Shown here: in pieces, positions 54,200 to 64,000 of the stretch | Numbering within the stretch: position 1 is the first letter of the stretch | How the letters are laid out: every line of letters begins with the position of its first letter | Assembly (NCBI GenBank): GCA_964016885.1 | Contig: OZ024743.1 | Span: 127,596,001-127,660,000 of the forward strand | Direction: 5' to 3' | Length of the DNA: 64,000 nucleotides | Source: Eledone cirrhosa | Lineage: Eukaryota | Notes under the pieces: generated by a model | Seen by the model: the letters and a program-made list of their open reading frames with translations, nothing else | The model's database searches: none | What the model was told of the DNA's origin: nothing | Position numbers and translations under genes: made by a program

Positions 54200-55140
54200 T
54201 CATCATCATCACCATCACCATTTAACGTCCATTTTTCTATGCTAACGTGGGTTAGACGAGTTGTCTCTTTGGGAGACAAGTCATATGAGATGACTGTGTC
54301 TTGTTCATACAGAACTGTTTCTGGCTTGGATTCTACAGCTGGATGCCCTTCCTAACGCCAACCACATTTAGAGTGTCGACTGGGCGTTTATTGTCATGTC
54401 ACAAACTAAACCACTCTACATGTGGTCTGGGTAGTTTTTGTCTTGTCACCAACACAGGTTGGAATGGGTGCTTTTTTGTGTAATCAACACAACCACTCTA
54501 CAGGTTGGACTGAGTGCATTTTGTCGAATCACCAACACGACCACTTTACAGGGTGGTCTCGTCGTTTATTGTCATGTCACCAACTCAACCCTTCTACAAG
54601 GTGGACAGGGTGCTTTTTGTCGTGTCACCAACATAGGCACCTTACAGAGTATACTGCGCACTTTTTGATTTGTCAGAAACACAATCACCTTAGAGGGCAG
54701 ACTGGGTGCTCTTTGTCACGTCACCAACCTGACAACTCCACAGAGTGGACTGGGTGCCTTGTAGCAGTTGACGATGATTGACCATTTTGTATTACTTGCT
54801 TTAGAATATAAGTGGTTATGGTGTGTCACCAATCCAGATGCTTTCAGCATCTCAGCAACTATTTCCAATGGCCGAGCTACTGGGCCTCTCTTCATATCCT
54901 TAATTGCTTTATTTACTACACAGCTGTGGACTTGTACAGTTGGTCACTCTGTTGGTTGCATTTAGGAGAGGTCACGCATTCTCCCCATTCATCAGTCTCT
55001 CCAATTTAGCATTCTTTTCGGCGCCAGTTGAAGGAAAGTGCACCATTTTCAACTCTGACACACTTCACCCTAACAACATCACAATTTTCCCTGACACACT
55101 GCCTCGCGATCCTGAACACCTCACGTCTTTAGACATCACG
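54200..55140 (-). mobile_element. RTE composite fragment containing a 48-bp tandem expansion (~54355-54760)
   Basis: (CAT)n and terminal hairpin at left; TCACCAAC-like motif at 54529, 54577, 54625, 54673, 54721; DVRCSG region as at 43.1 kb. Confidence 0.75.
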
Positions 55141-55277
<137 letters not shown>

Positions 55278-55360
55278 ATATGTATATATTATATACATGT
55301 TACATATAGATACACACACATATATATATATAAATGAAAAGTATATATATATATATATAT

Positions 55361-55544
55361 ATATATGAAAGACGTAAAATAAGAAAATTTTAAAAATTAA
55401 AAATTAACTTACTAAAATTTTTTCTTATTTTACGTCTTTCATATAACTGCATCCTCCTGCATTGAACCACCTAGGTACTATGACATAACCCATGTATTTG
55501 CTAACATTAGTGTACATCTGTACGCGTGTGTTGGTAAATATACT

Positions 55545-55545
<1 letters not shown>
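55361..55545 (+). mobile_element. Fold-back + tail element, family G (no hammerhead seen)
   Basis: TATATGAAAGACGTAAAATAAGAAAA / TTTTCTTATTTTACGTCTTTCATATA arms, then ~100-nt tail. Confidence 0.65.
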
Positions 55546-55632
<87 letters not shown>

Positions 55633-55636
<4 letters not shown>

Positions 55637-55996
55637 AGTGTAACTTGGAGTTACTGCAGGTTCACCCGGGTGAGCACTCAATGTTTAGGTTCACTTCTGT
55701 GTCGAGGTGTAGAGCTATACAGAGTCTATTATATTGAAAAGATAACAAGGACGATTGGTTACTCCTTCATTACATTTATTGGTTGGTGACGCGCGTTTCT
55801 CCACTGATCAGCTCAAGGTTCGATCTGTATCGATCTTACCCGACTCTGTAATCCGCAGCTCGACGGACCCCTTAAAATGCTAGTAGAAAATCGATAAGAT
55901 TGATACAGATCGAACCTTGAGCTGATCAGTGGCGAAACGCGCGTCACCAACCAATAAATGTCATGAAGGAGTAACCAATCGTCCTTGTTATCTTTT

Positions 55997-56001
<5 letters not shown>
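55633..56001 (-). mobile_element. Fold-back + tail element, family C
   Basis: Arms ~55731-55838 / ~55894-56001 carrying the hammerhead 3' half GAAACGCGCGTC (palindromic stem III); tail on the left. Confidence 0.85.
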
Positions 56002-56076
<75 letters not shown>

Positions 56077-56079
56077 ATT

Positions 56080-56116
<37 letters not shown>

Positions 56117-56119
<3 letters not shown>

Positions 56120-56308
56120 AACGAGTAGGACCCCGACGGCTGAGCTCAAGCCGTTTCGACGGCTAATTCTGGATTCAGAATTAGCCGTCGAAACGGCTTG
56201 AGCTCAGCCGTCGGGGTCCTACTCGTTCCTATTACCCACTCTACTACCCTAAGTATTGAGTACTTTGGTGCGTTATGGTCCATCTGGTTCCTTACCACAT
56301 TTCCTTCG

Positions 56309-56311
<3 letters not shown>
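56117..56311 (+). mobile_element. Fold-back + tail element, family B (perfect ~55-bp hairpin)
   Basis: Arms are exact reverse complements around a GATT loop; GAAACGGCT-tgagctc-AGCCGTC; ~80-nt tail; (TA)n flanks. Confidence 0.9.
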
Positions 56312-56375
<64 letters not shown>

Positions 56376-56799
56376 AGACTATATATCTTATGAGAACACA
56401 CAGTATTTTGTATATACACAAAGCACATATATTAAGGAAGAATATGTACTTTAGGTGGAAAAATTTATAATCCCTAATAGCTTTATTTCATGATTGAAAG
56501 ACAAGAACTTAAAATCGATCTAAGCAATCGATCATTGATCACCAAATATAGATTTTGGTTACGTTATGGGAAACACGAATCAATCATCAGAAGAATTCAT
56601 CAATTATATACATATCATTATCATCATAACCGTTGTCGTTTTAACGTTCGCTTTCCTTGCTAGTAATGGTTGGACAGGTCAACATAGACCAAGTCAATAC
56701 TGAAGCGCAGCCCCTGATCTCACTGGCAGACAGACATGCCAGGGATCTGTGACTCGCTTTATGTATGGTCGATGCTCCACCGAATGCCCAGGAGAGGTT

Positions 56800-57370
56800 G
56801 TTATGTCTTTGACACAACTGAGGGTCCTTCCGATCTTTTTGTTTGGCCAAATTTCTATGGCTGGATGCCCTTCTTATCACCAATCACTTTGCAGCGTATA
56901 TTGGGTGTGTTTATCATGTAAATCACCAACACTAGGGAGGCTGTTATGTCCTTGACAGCGCTGAAGGGTCCTCTCGACCCTTTGTCTGGCAATCTTTCCA
57001 CGGCTGGATGCCCTTCCTATGAACAACCAATTTACAGTGTGTACTAGGTGCGTTTATCATGTAAATCACCAACACTAGGGAGGCTGTTATGTCCTTGACA
57101 GCGCTGAAGGGTCCTCTCGACCCTTTGTCTGGCAATCTTTCCACGGCTGGATGCCCTTCCTATGAACAACCACTTTACAATGTGTACTAGGTGCGTTTAT
57201 CATGTAAATCACCAACACTAGGGAGGCTGTTATGTCCTTGACAGCGCTGAAGGGTCCTCGCGACCCTTTGTCTGGCAATCTTTCCACGGCTGGATGCCCT
57301 TCCTATGAACAACCACTTTACAGTGTGTACTAGGTGCGTTTATCGTGTAGATCACCAAACACTAGTGAGG
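56800..57370. repeat. 143-bp tandem repeat (~4 copies) inside an RTE-type 3' UTR
   Basis: Units start 56944, 57087, 57230; contain GGCTGGATGCCCTTCCTA..CAACCACTTTACAG shared with RTE 3' UTRs. Confidence 0.9.
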
Positions 57371-57789
57371 TCCCTTCCAACTCTTTGTTTGTTTAACCCT
57401 TCACGGCTGAATGCTCTTCACATCACCAACCGCTTCACAAGAGGACAGGCAGCTGCTAAGAATGAGGGGGCGGAGCAGTGGGGGTTGAAGTAATGATGTT
57501 GAGGATAACTGATGGAGAATTCTAGCGATGGGCAGGGGCCACGGGGGTAGGTCATGTCACATTGTATACTGCAGGTCGGAGGCTTTAGACATTTCTGTTG
57601 TGAGGTTTTTAAAGGTCGGTTTTCACAACCTCATCTCATATCTTCCTGGGTTTGCAGCTTTCGGGGGTCTCAGCCATTACGGTCTCTCTGCATTTCTTTA
57701 TGCAGCTTCTATCTTCCATATGTCCATACCTATGTAGTCTTCTCTTTTGCACACTACATCCTGCATCCAATTACACATATTATATATAT

Positions 57790-58715
57790 ATATTTCACTT
57801 GCATGTGCCATTGTCCCCCCCCCCCCGCCTCCATTCGGTTTGTTTACTTTGTTTTTTCCTTCTTCCTCTCTTCACTATTTTTTCTTTTCTTTCCCTCATG
57901 GCCTTTTCATTGATAAAAGGCCCTGGGCGCGCTGCTGATCGATTTCGATGTCCTGTTTTAAGCGCCGAAACATATATGATCGAAGTTAACAGCTGATGAA
58001 GGGTTTCTTCTCTTGTTTACATCCATATTACTATTTTACACTTTGTTTACAGTAAACACACAACCCGTTACGTTTCTTGTAATTTTGTATTTACCACTGT
58101 AACCCCCCTCTACCTGTTTTGCTCGATTTGTGGTCCCACTACGCTTTCATATCGACTCTCTCCTTCTCCCTCTCCCCTTTTCTCTCTCTCTCGTTCTCTC
58201 CCCCTCTCTCTCTCTCTCTCTACCCATCTGCTCGTTTTCGACCGTGTTTCACACAGCTGTAAAACCCTTTTGGATTATCTCCCTTTCCCTTCTCCCTCTC
58301 ACTTCCGGTTTCTCCGTGTCTCTCTCTACACTCACTTTAGACATTTCCGTGCTGAGATCGCACGGAAAAACAGTTATTTGACCACAAGACTTAAGTCTAA
58401 TCGGTTCGTTGTAACTTATTCTATTTTCTCCTCAGTTACTCACTTGCATGTGCCATTGTCCCGTGTCCCCCCGCCTCCATTCGGTTTGTTTACTTCGTTT
58501 TTTCCTCTTTCTTCCTCTCTCTTCTCTATTTTTTCTTTTCTTTCCCTCACGGCCTTTTGATCGATATAATGCCTTGGGCGCGCTGCTGATCGATTTCGAT
58601 GTCCTGTTTTCAGCGCCGAAACATCTATGATCGCAGTTAACTGCTGATGAAGGGTTTCTTCTCTTGTTTACGACCATGTTACTATCTTACACAGCCCACT
58701 ACGTTTCTTGTAATT
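57790..58715 (+). repeat. Direct duplication (~57793-58090 / ~58440-58715), pseudo-LTR-like, with hammerhead relic
   Basis: Both copies start CACTTGCATGTGCCATTGTCCC and contain GCTGATGAAGGGTTT. Confidence 0.7.
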
Positions 58716-58744
58716 TTTTATATATATATATATATACATATGTA

Positions 58745-59276
58745 TGTCGCTCTCGAGTGCTACTGGTAACATGTAACCCAGTACAACCTGTCTCATAGTC
58801 GGGTCGTCAGCGACTAAACCGGCAATCCTCACCAAGCTTGTTTGGTGAAGAGGGTGATATTTGGACACCCTGCGGGATGAAATACAAGACCCGGCAAAGG
58901 GCGGAGAAACTCAGCAGAGTCAACGGCCATCTAAATAGTACTTTTCTTTTTTTTCTTTTTCACTTGGGAGTGAAAAGACCCCAATTGTTGTCACAACACC
59001 TTTCTAGGAGAAGGAAACTCTGAAAAAAAAAAAACCTGCGGCTTCCGAAGCATCCGATGATATTGACCAATTCTCCTTTTCGGGTAGTGTTTTCGACAGT
59101 CAGAGAGTGGGATTGGTAGAGTGCAGGGTCTTTTCCCACTTAAAAAACCTTCAAAGCACAGGCATTGCTTGTTCAGGATATGTTACAGGTTTGTGTGACT
59201 GGCCATAGCCTAAAAGTGCACCAAACTCTATAATCCTCCAAGCAATTGCAGTACTCTTAGCAGAGTTTACAGCCAT

Positions 59277-59280
<4 letters not shown>
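58745..59280 (+). mobile_element. Non-coding ~530-bp retroposon (RTE-UTR-like)
   Basis: Reverse complement of 62815-63360; CTAGGAGAAGGAAACTCTGA motif; ends CAGCCATCAT(ACAT)n. Confidence 0.7.
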
Positions 59281-59330
<50 letters not shown>

Positions 59331-59521
59331 CGAACGTATTTATTTCTTCTCTCCCCATTTATTGCAATGGCTTACATTTTTAACACATCTTACTTTCTTC
59401 TTGCTTTTGTTCTTTGTTTCATTCATGTCTCGTGCTATGAGGCACCACACATTTTCCCTGGCGTCACATAAACTTCTACGTTTTGTAGCTTAACGGTTCT
59501 AAATTAATGTTTTGTCTCTCG

Positions 59522-59550
59522 TCTCTTCTTCTTCTTCTTCTTCTTCTTCC

Positions 59551-59581
<31 letters not shown>

Positions 59582-59750
59582 CTTCTTCTTCTTCTTCTTC
59601 TTCTTCTTCTTCAGAGGGTCGTAGGGCAGAGTCATCAAACACCTTCCAGCGGGTCCTGTCAGAAGCAACTGTTTCCAACTGATCCGGCTGGATCCCTAAG
59701 CGTGACCAGCCAAGCTCATGGAAACTACTGCATACTCGCGCAATCGTAAA
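59522..59750 (-). mobile_element. 3' tip of a second RTE-like family with (AAG)n tail; related piece at 60990-61270
   Basis: Shared AGAGGGTCGT.GGGCAGAG...CCTTCCAGCGGGT; (CTT)n on + strand. Confidence 0.65.
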
Positions 59751-59986
59751 TGTCTTCCGCGATGTTTAATGTTTTTTTTTTTAATGCTAAATTACTACTA
59801 ACAATATACCGTATTTGCCGGCCCATTGGACGGCCTTTCGCACAATACGCTCCCTCTTTTTTAAATTATACTTTACGTTATATTTTGACGTTTAAAGACA
59901 TTTTTATGGACCACGTCCAATATTCACGGTTCTTCCCTCTTCATGGGTGCTCTAGGAACGTAAACCCCGCTAATACCGGGGAACAA

Positions 59987-60049
<63 letters not shown>

Positions 60050-60051
<2 letters not shown>

Positions 60052-60720
60052 AGGTTTCAGGCATAAGCCCTTCAGGAGAATGGGGGACTTCGAGAAGGAG
60101 TGAGGGGGAGTTAGTGGAAAAAGGAGAAAAAGATAAAACACGAAGTGGAAAATAAAAGTTAAAAGTTATAAAAGGGTGAGAGGAGTGTAGGGGTCGGCGA
60201 GGGCATAAGTGTGGTGGTGTGTGAGGAGTAGAAGGAGGGGGCGAATGAGCGGGAAGGTGAGGTGTGTGTGTGTAGATGTACGTGAGTGTGCATGCGGGGA
60301 TGTAAGTGTGAGAGTCTGGGGGAGAGCGGGGGTATGTGCTTGTGGGTTTTGAAAAACTATTGTGTATGTTGGAGTGGAGTGTAAGTCTGTGTGTGTGTGT
60401 GTGAATGGAAAAGGGTCGAATGAGGTGGGGGAGATCGTGCGGAATCCGGAGGCAGTGTGGGTGTATGTGAGGATCTGCACGTGTGTGTGTGTGTGTGTGT
60501 GTTTGTGGTGAAGAGAGGATGATATGGGTTCGTGTGGAATGTATGGTAGCGTGTGTGCGAAAATGAGGGAGGGGGTAACCCCTCCGGGTGAAATGGCGGA
60601 CCAGAGAAAGAGCCTGGGTCTCGAAGTCAGCATCTCGGCTGCAAAAGCGGCGGATCCGAAGGATTGAAGTATATATATAATACATTTATTATATGGTATA
60701 GACCCGGAACTCTCGAGGAA
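60050..60720 (-). mobile_element. Penelope-like relic (post-RT region) with minimal hammerhead relic
   Basis: SIPY...LRIRRFCS...HFTRRGYP motif; CTGAAGGGCTTATGCCTGAAAC downstream. Confidence 0.65.
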
Positions 60721-61339
60721 GTCTTTGGGGCGCCATATTGACATACAACGTTTCTTAAGGCATTTTCAAACTGACAGAGCCCACTCCCTTCATCCTTACT
60801 ATTTAACGTTCATTTTTCCACGCTAGCATGGGTTAGATGAGTTGTCCCATTGTGAGCAACGCCAAGTCAGGTGACCATGTCTTGCTCATACAGAACTGAT
60901 TTTGGCTTGGTTTCTACAGCTCGATGTCCTTCCTAACGCCAACCTCTCTCACACACACACATATATATATAAATACACACACATATTCCTGAGAGGGTCG
61001 TGGGGGCAGAGCCCTCAAATACTCCTTCCAGCGGGTTCTGTCAGAAGCAACGGTTATCCAACCATCAATGTTATCCAACCATCTTACTCGGTGTCAGTCT
61101 ACTCCTGGGTCTCAGGCCGGTCTTGCCCGTAAAATCTGTCCAGCGATTCTTTCCACATGCCCTTAGTATCGGACACTCTAACCACATGCCCAGAGTATCG
61201 GAGCTGTGAGCTCTCAATTTGGAGAAGTAGCAGCTCTACCTGGAACAACTCTCTGATCTCCGAGCTACATTATTCATTTCTTGACAACAATCGATAAAAC
61301 TCCGAATATATTTAGTTCAAATCATTAAAAACAACATAT

Positions 61340-62130
61340 CGAAAATATCTTCTGATGTTTCTGTCCAGTGTTACAGCACATCTTTTAAGTGATCTCCATT
61401 TGAGTCCTTGCATTTGTTGAGATATTTGGTGGAGTTTAGCATAACGTTTTTACAAACAGATCTAGGGATGACTCTGATCTCCCCCTTGGTGTTTTACTTT
61501 AGTTCAGTGATAGACCAGTGTTTGATGACATATACCCCATCCTTCAGATAGCCCCGAAGAAATAAATCCCGGCGTCTTAAATCAGGGCTGTGTGCGGCTC
61601 ACTCCAATTCAATCTTCAAACTGATCACACGATTTCCAAAGTTATTTTGCAACCATTTTTGTGACTCATTGGAGGTGCGATGGCTTGATTCGTCTTGCTG
61701 GAACAAGAACTTATTCATTAGAGATGGGTTTATGTCTGTAGCTCTTTTTTGAAGCCTTCCAAGACCCCCACATAGCGTTTCATTGTGACTGTAACAGTGA
61801 CACCATTTTCTTCACCAAGTTTCTATGTCAATGTCTTCCTGGGTCACCCAGAGTGGGTAGCACGGTCCCTAGACATTGTATTTAGGTTATCCACTGTCCG
61901 GTAGGTCTAAAACGTCTTCACCCAATTTTGCATACTGGCATTGAAGGGAGATTTTTCCGTTCAAAATGCATGAAATGCACTTGGACATGTTTGTACGAGC
62001 CACACTTACAGTAGTGTTTCACAAAAATAATCCATTGAGTGTATTTTTGTCTTCTCTGATGTTGTATCTGCCACCTCTTGAAATTTGAGGTTGATGTCAG
62101 AAAACGAATAGACAGAGACACAAAACTTGC
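61340..62130 (-). mobile_element. Decayed Tc1/mariner transposase (DUF4817-like N-terminus)
   Basis: IFVKHYCKCGSY; FQQD; SPDL...FLRGYLKDGVY. Confidence 0.7.
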
Positions 62131-62249
62131 GCAGAGCTGGTTGACTTTTTAGGACAGAGATGTAACTATGCAGATAGATGTAGAACAAAGGTAGAAATAA
62201 TTAACATCTATAAGGATAACGTCAACTACAATAAAACAAACAACAATAA

Positions 62250-62510
62250 CATATTGACGGCTCGCCTAACAAAAGTAACTGGTGAAGCTCGTGAAGGCGC
62301 TTGGCTGTTCCAGCGAATAAACCTTGCCATCACCCGCGGTAACGCTGCGAGCGTGCTGACCTGCTGAAAAATTATTAGAGGTTCCAGTGCTCCTCGCGAT
62401 ATCGTTATCGTTTGTTCTGTCAGTGGTTCGTTTGTCCACCCCTTTCGCTTGCCTTTTGTTGTATTTGGTCCTAGAAGTGTGCATTACCTGCTTGTGCACT
62501 TTTTCTTTTT
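62250..62510 (+). mobile_element. CRE-like (RLE) non-LTR 3' fragment
   Basis: TGEAREGAWLFQRINLAITRGNAASVLTC*. Confidence 0.65.
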
Positions 62511-62659
62511 TTTAATATTCACATAGAAGCGTGATGCAAGGTTAATGTCATATTTCAGGTTCTACAATATACCAGAAGTATTATGGTTCTGCGAATCCAC
62601 CGTTCTCACAACAACAACGATACCAATTAGAACAATAACAACATGTAACAGTTACTTAC

Positions 62660-62690
62660 GATATGCTTACAGGTTCTTCTTCCTTAGGTA
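62660..62690 (-). CDS. Host gene 31-nt microexon: PKEEEPVSI(S)
   Basis: Acceptor TTTGTTTCTATTTGCAG|, donor ATC|GTAAGT; its only open frame joins 41596-41630 in phase. Confidence 0.6.
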
Positions 62691-62814
62691 CTGCAAATAG
62701 AAACAAATCATTCGGAATATAAAAACAAACACTGACAAAATATGTAGTATGGTAAATACGTTTTGTTTCAGTGGTTAAGGATGTTTGAGTAAACAAATAT
62801 ATATATATATATAT

Positions 62815-63358
62815 GTGATGATGGCTGCAACTCGTTTCCGAGTAATGCCATCGCTTGATACTTAAGCATGAGCATCACGTGGCTTGTTAGTCCTGCTAAG
62901 GGCTTCTTTATTGTCAGTAATACCATGCATCGCAAAACATGTCACATATCAAGCGATGCCTGTGCTTGAAACTTTTTTAAGTGAGGAAAGACTTTGCATG
63001 GGGCCAATCCCACTCCCTGAACATCGAAAACATTTACCCCAAAAGAAGAACTCTTCTACATCATTGGATCCAAATGAAGGCGCAGGTTTTATATCAGAGT
63101 GACCTTCTCCTAGAGAGATGTCTTAATGAAGACTAGGAGTCTCTCGCTCAAAAAAAAAAAAAAAAACTTTATTGGATGACCGTTGACTCTCCTGAGTTCA
63201 TCTACTCTTTGACGGGTTTTGCTTTTCATCCCACAGCGTATTCAAAATCACCCTCCTCATCAAACATGCTTGGTGGGGTTTTCCGCTTTAGTCACCGACG
63301 ACCCGACCAAGCACAGGCTGTACTGGGTTACATGTTGCAAGTAACACTGAAGAGTGAC

Positions 63359-63360
<2 letters not shown>
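62815..63360 (-). mobile_element. Non-coding ~540-bp retroposon (RTE-UTR-like)
   Basis: Homologous to 58745-59280 and 45620-45960. Confidence 0.72.
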
Positions 63361-63422
<62 letters not shown>

Positions 63423-63423
<1 letters not shown>

Positions 63424-64000
63424 GAGGTGTGTCAGAAAAGTTCCAGGACTGATGTCACAAAAGATTTATTTCAAACCGAAACTTCACACTAAGAGTTTTC
63501 TCCTTCAAAGTAATCCCCATGGAGCCTAATGCACTTTTCCATCCTATTCTGCCATGCTTGCATGCACTCCTGGAAGGATTCTTCCGGGATCCTCCGCAGT
63601 TCCGTCGTCACGGCCTTTTTGATGTCGTCCACGTCTTCAAAACGGGTCCCTCCGGGTCGTACTCGAAGATCCACGACTCATCACCGGTGATGACTGTCCC
63701 TAGCAAGTCTGGTTCGGTTTCAAGACGCTCGAGGATGTCCTGGCACGCTTGCATGCGTCAACCCTTCTGGTCATCGTTCAGCAGTTTTGGCACCTTCTTT
63801 GCGCAGACTTTCCGCATGTCCAAATCTTCAGTGATAATCTTCCAGACGCTGTCCCGATTCATGCCCAGCTCATTTGCCATCAGTCGAACAGTCAGCCGAC
63901 GATCGCTACGCACCATCTGCCTGACGCGCTCAACGTTGACCTCAGTCCTGGTTGTTGAGCGCCTTCCGCTCCTGGGGTCATCTTGCACCACTCAAAAACA
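63423..64000 (-). mobile_element. Mariner transposon, internally deleted, runs off the window
   Basis: TA-CGAGGTGTGTCAGAAAAGTTCC terminus; DDPRSGR, LDMRKVCAKKVPKLL, ITGDES, WQNRMEKCI..GDYFEG. Confidence 0.9.

Noticed and set aside
58745-59280. Twister or HDV-like ribozyme
   Set aside because: Diagnostic twister nucleotides and the HDV nested pseudoknot could not be fitted by eye.

Overview
Animal (not prokaryotic) genomic DNA, AT-rich and saturated with repeats. The SINE/RTE/(TA)n mix looks cephalopod (Octopus-like); this is inference. Nearly all long ORFs are transposon relics: RTE LINEs, a CR1-type LINE, Penelope-like elements (PLEs, several Naiad-type), Tc1/mariners, a Helitron, tRNA-derived SINEs and four tandem arrays (81, 55, 48 and 143 bp units). 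Two things are not shown by the ORF track. (1) A host gene on the minus strand made of tiny exons (62660-62690, 41596-41630, 33928-34018, 32393-32458, probable terminal exon from 31139) that splice in frame to the C-terminus of a single-pass membrane protein (...PKEEEPVSISCSEGNCDTRWGYVVLCLIILGVLLLLMIIEIIKKRREIAAENNKYKMLKASRKGI*). (2) At least seven unrelated families of 'fold-back + tail' elements inserted in (TA)n. Most carry recognisable type I hammerhead ribozymes, and the arm/tail junction lies on a TA-rich motif and is fixed within a family. One intact-looking hammerhead is in sense orientation in an intron of the host gene, and in one Naiad element the 5' end maps 4 nt from the predicted hammerhead cleavage site. 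All structures were folded and aligned by eye; no database searches were run and element boundaries are approximate.
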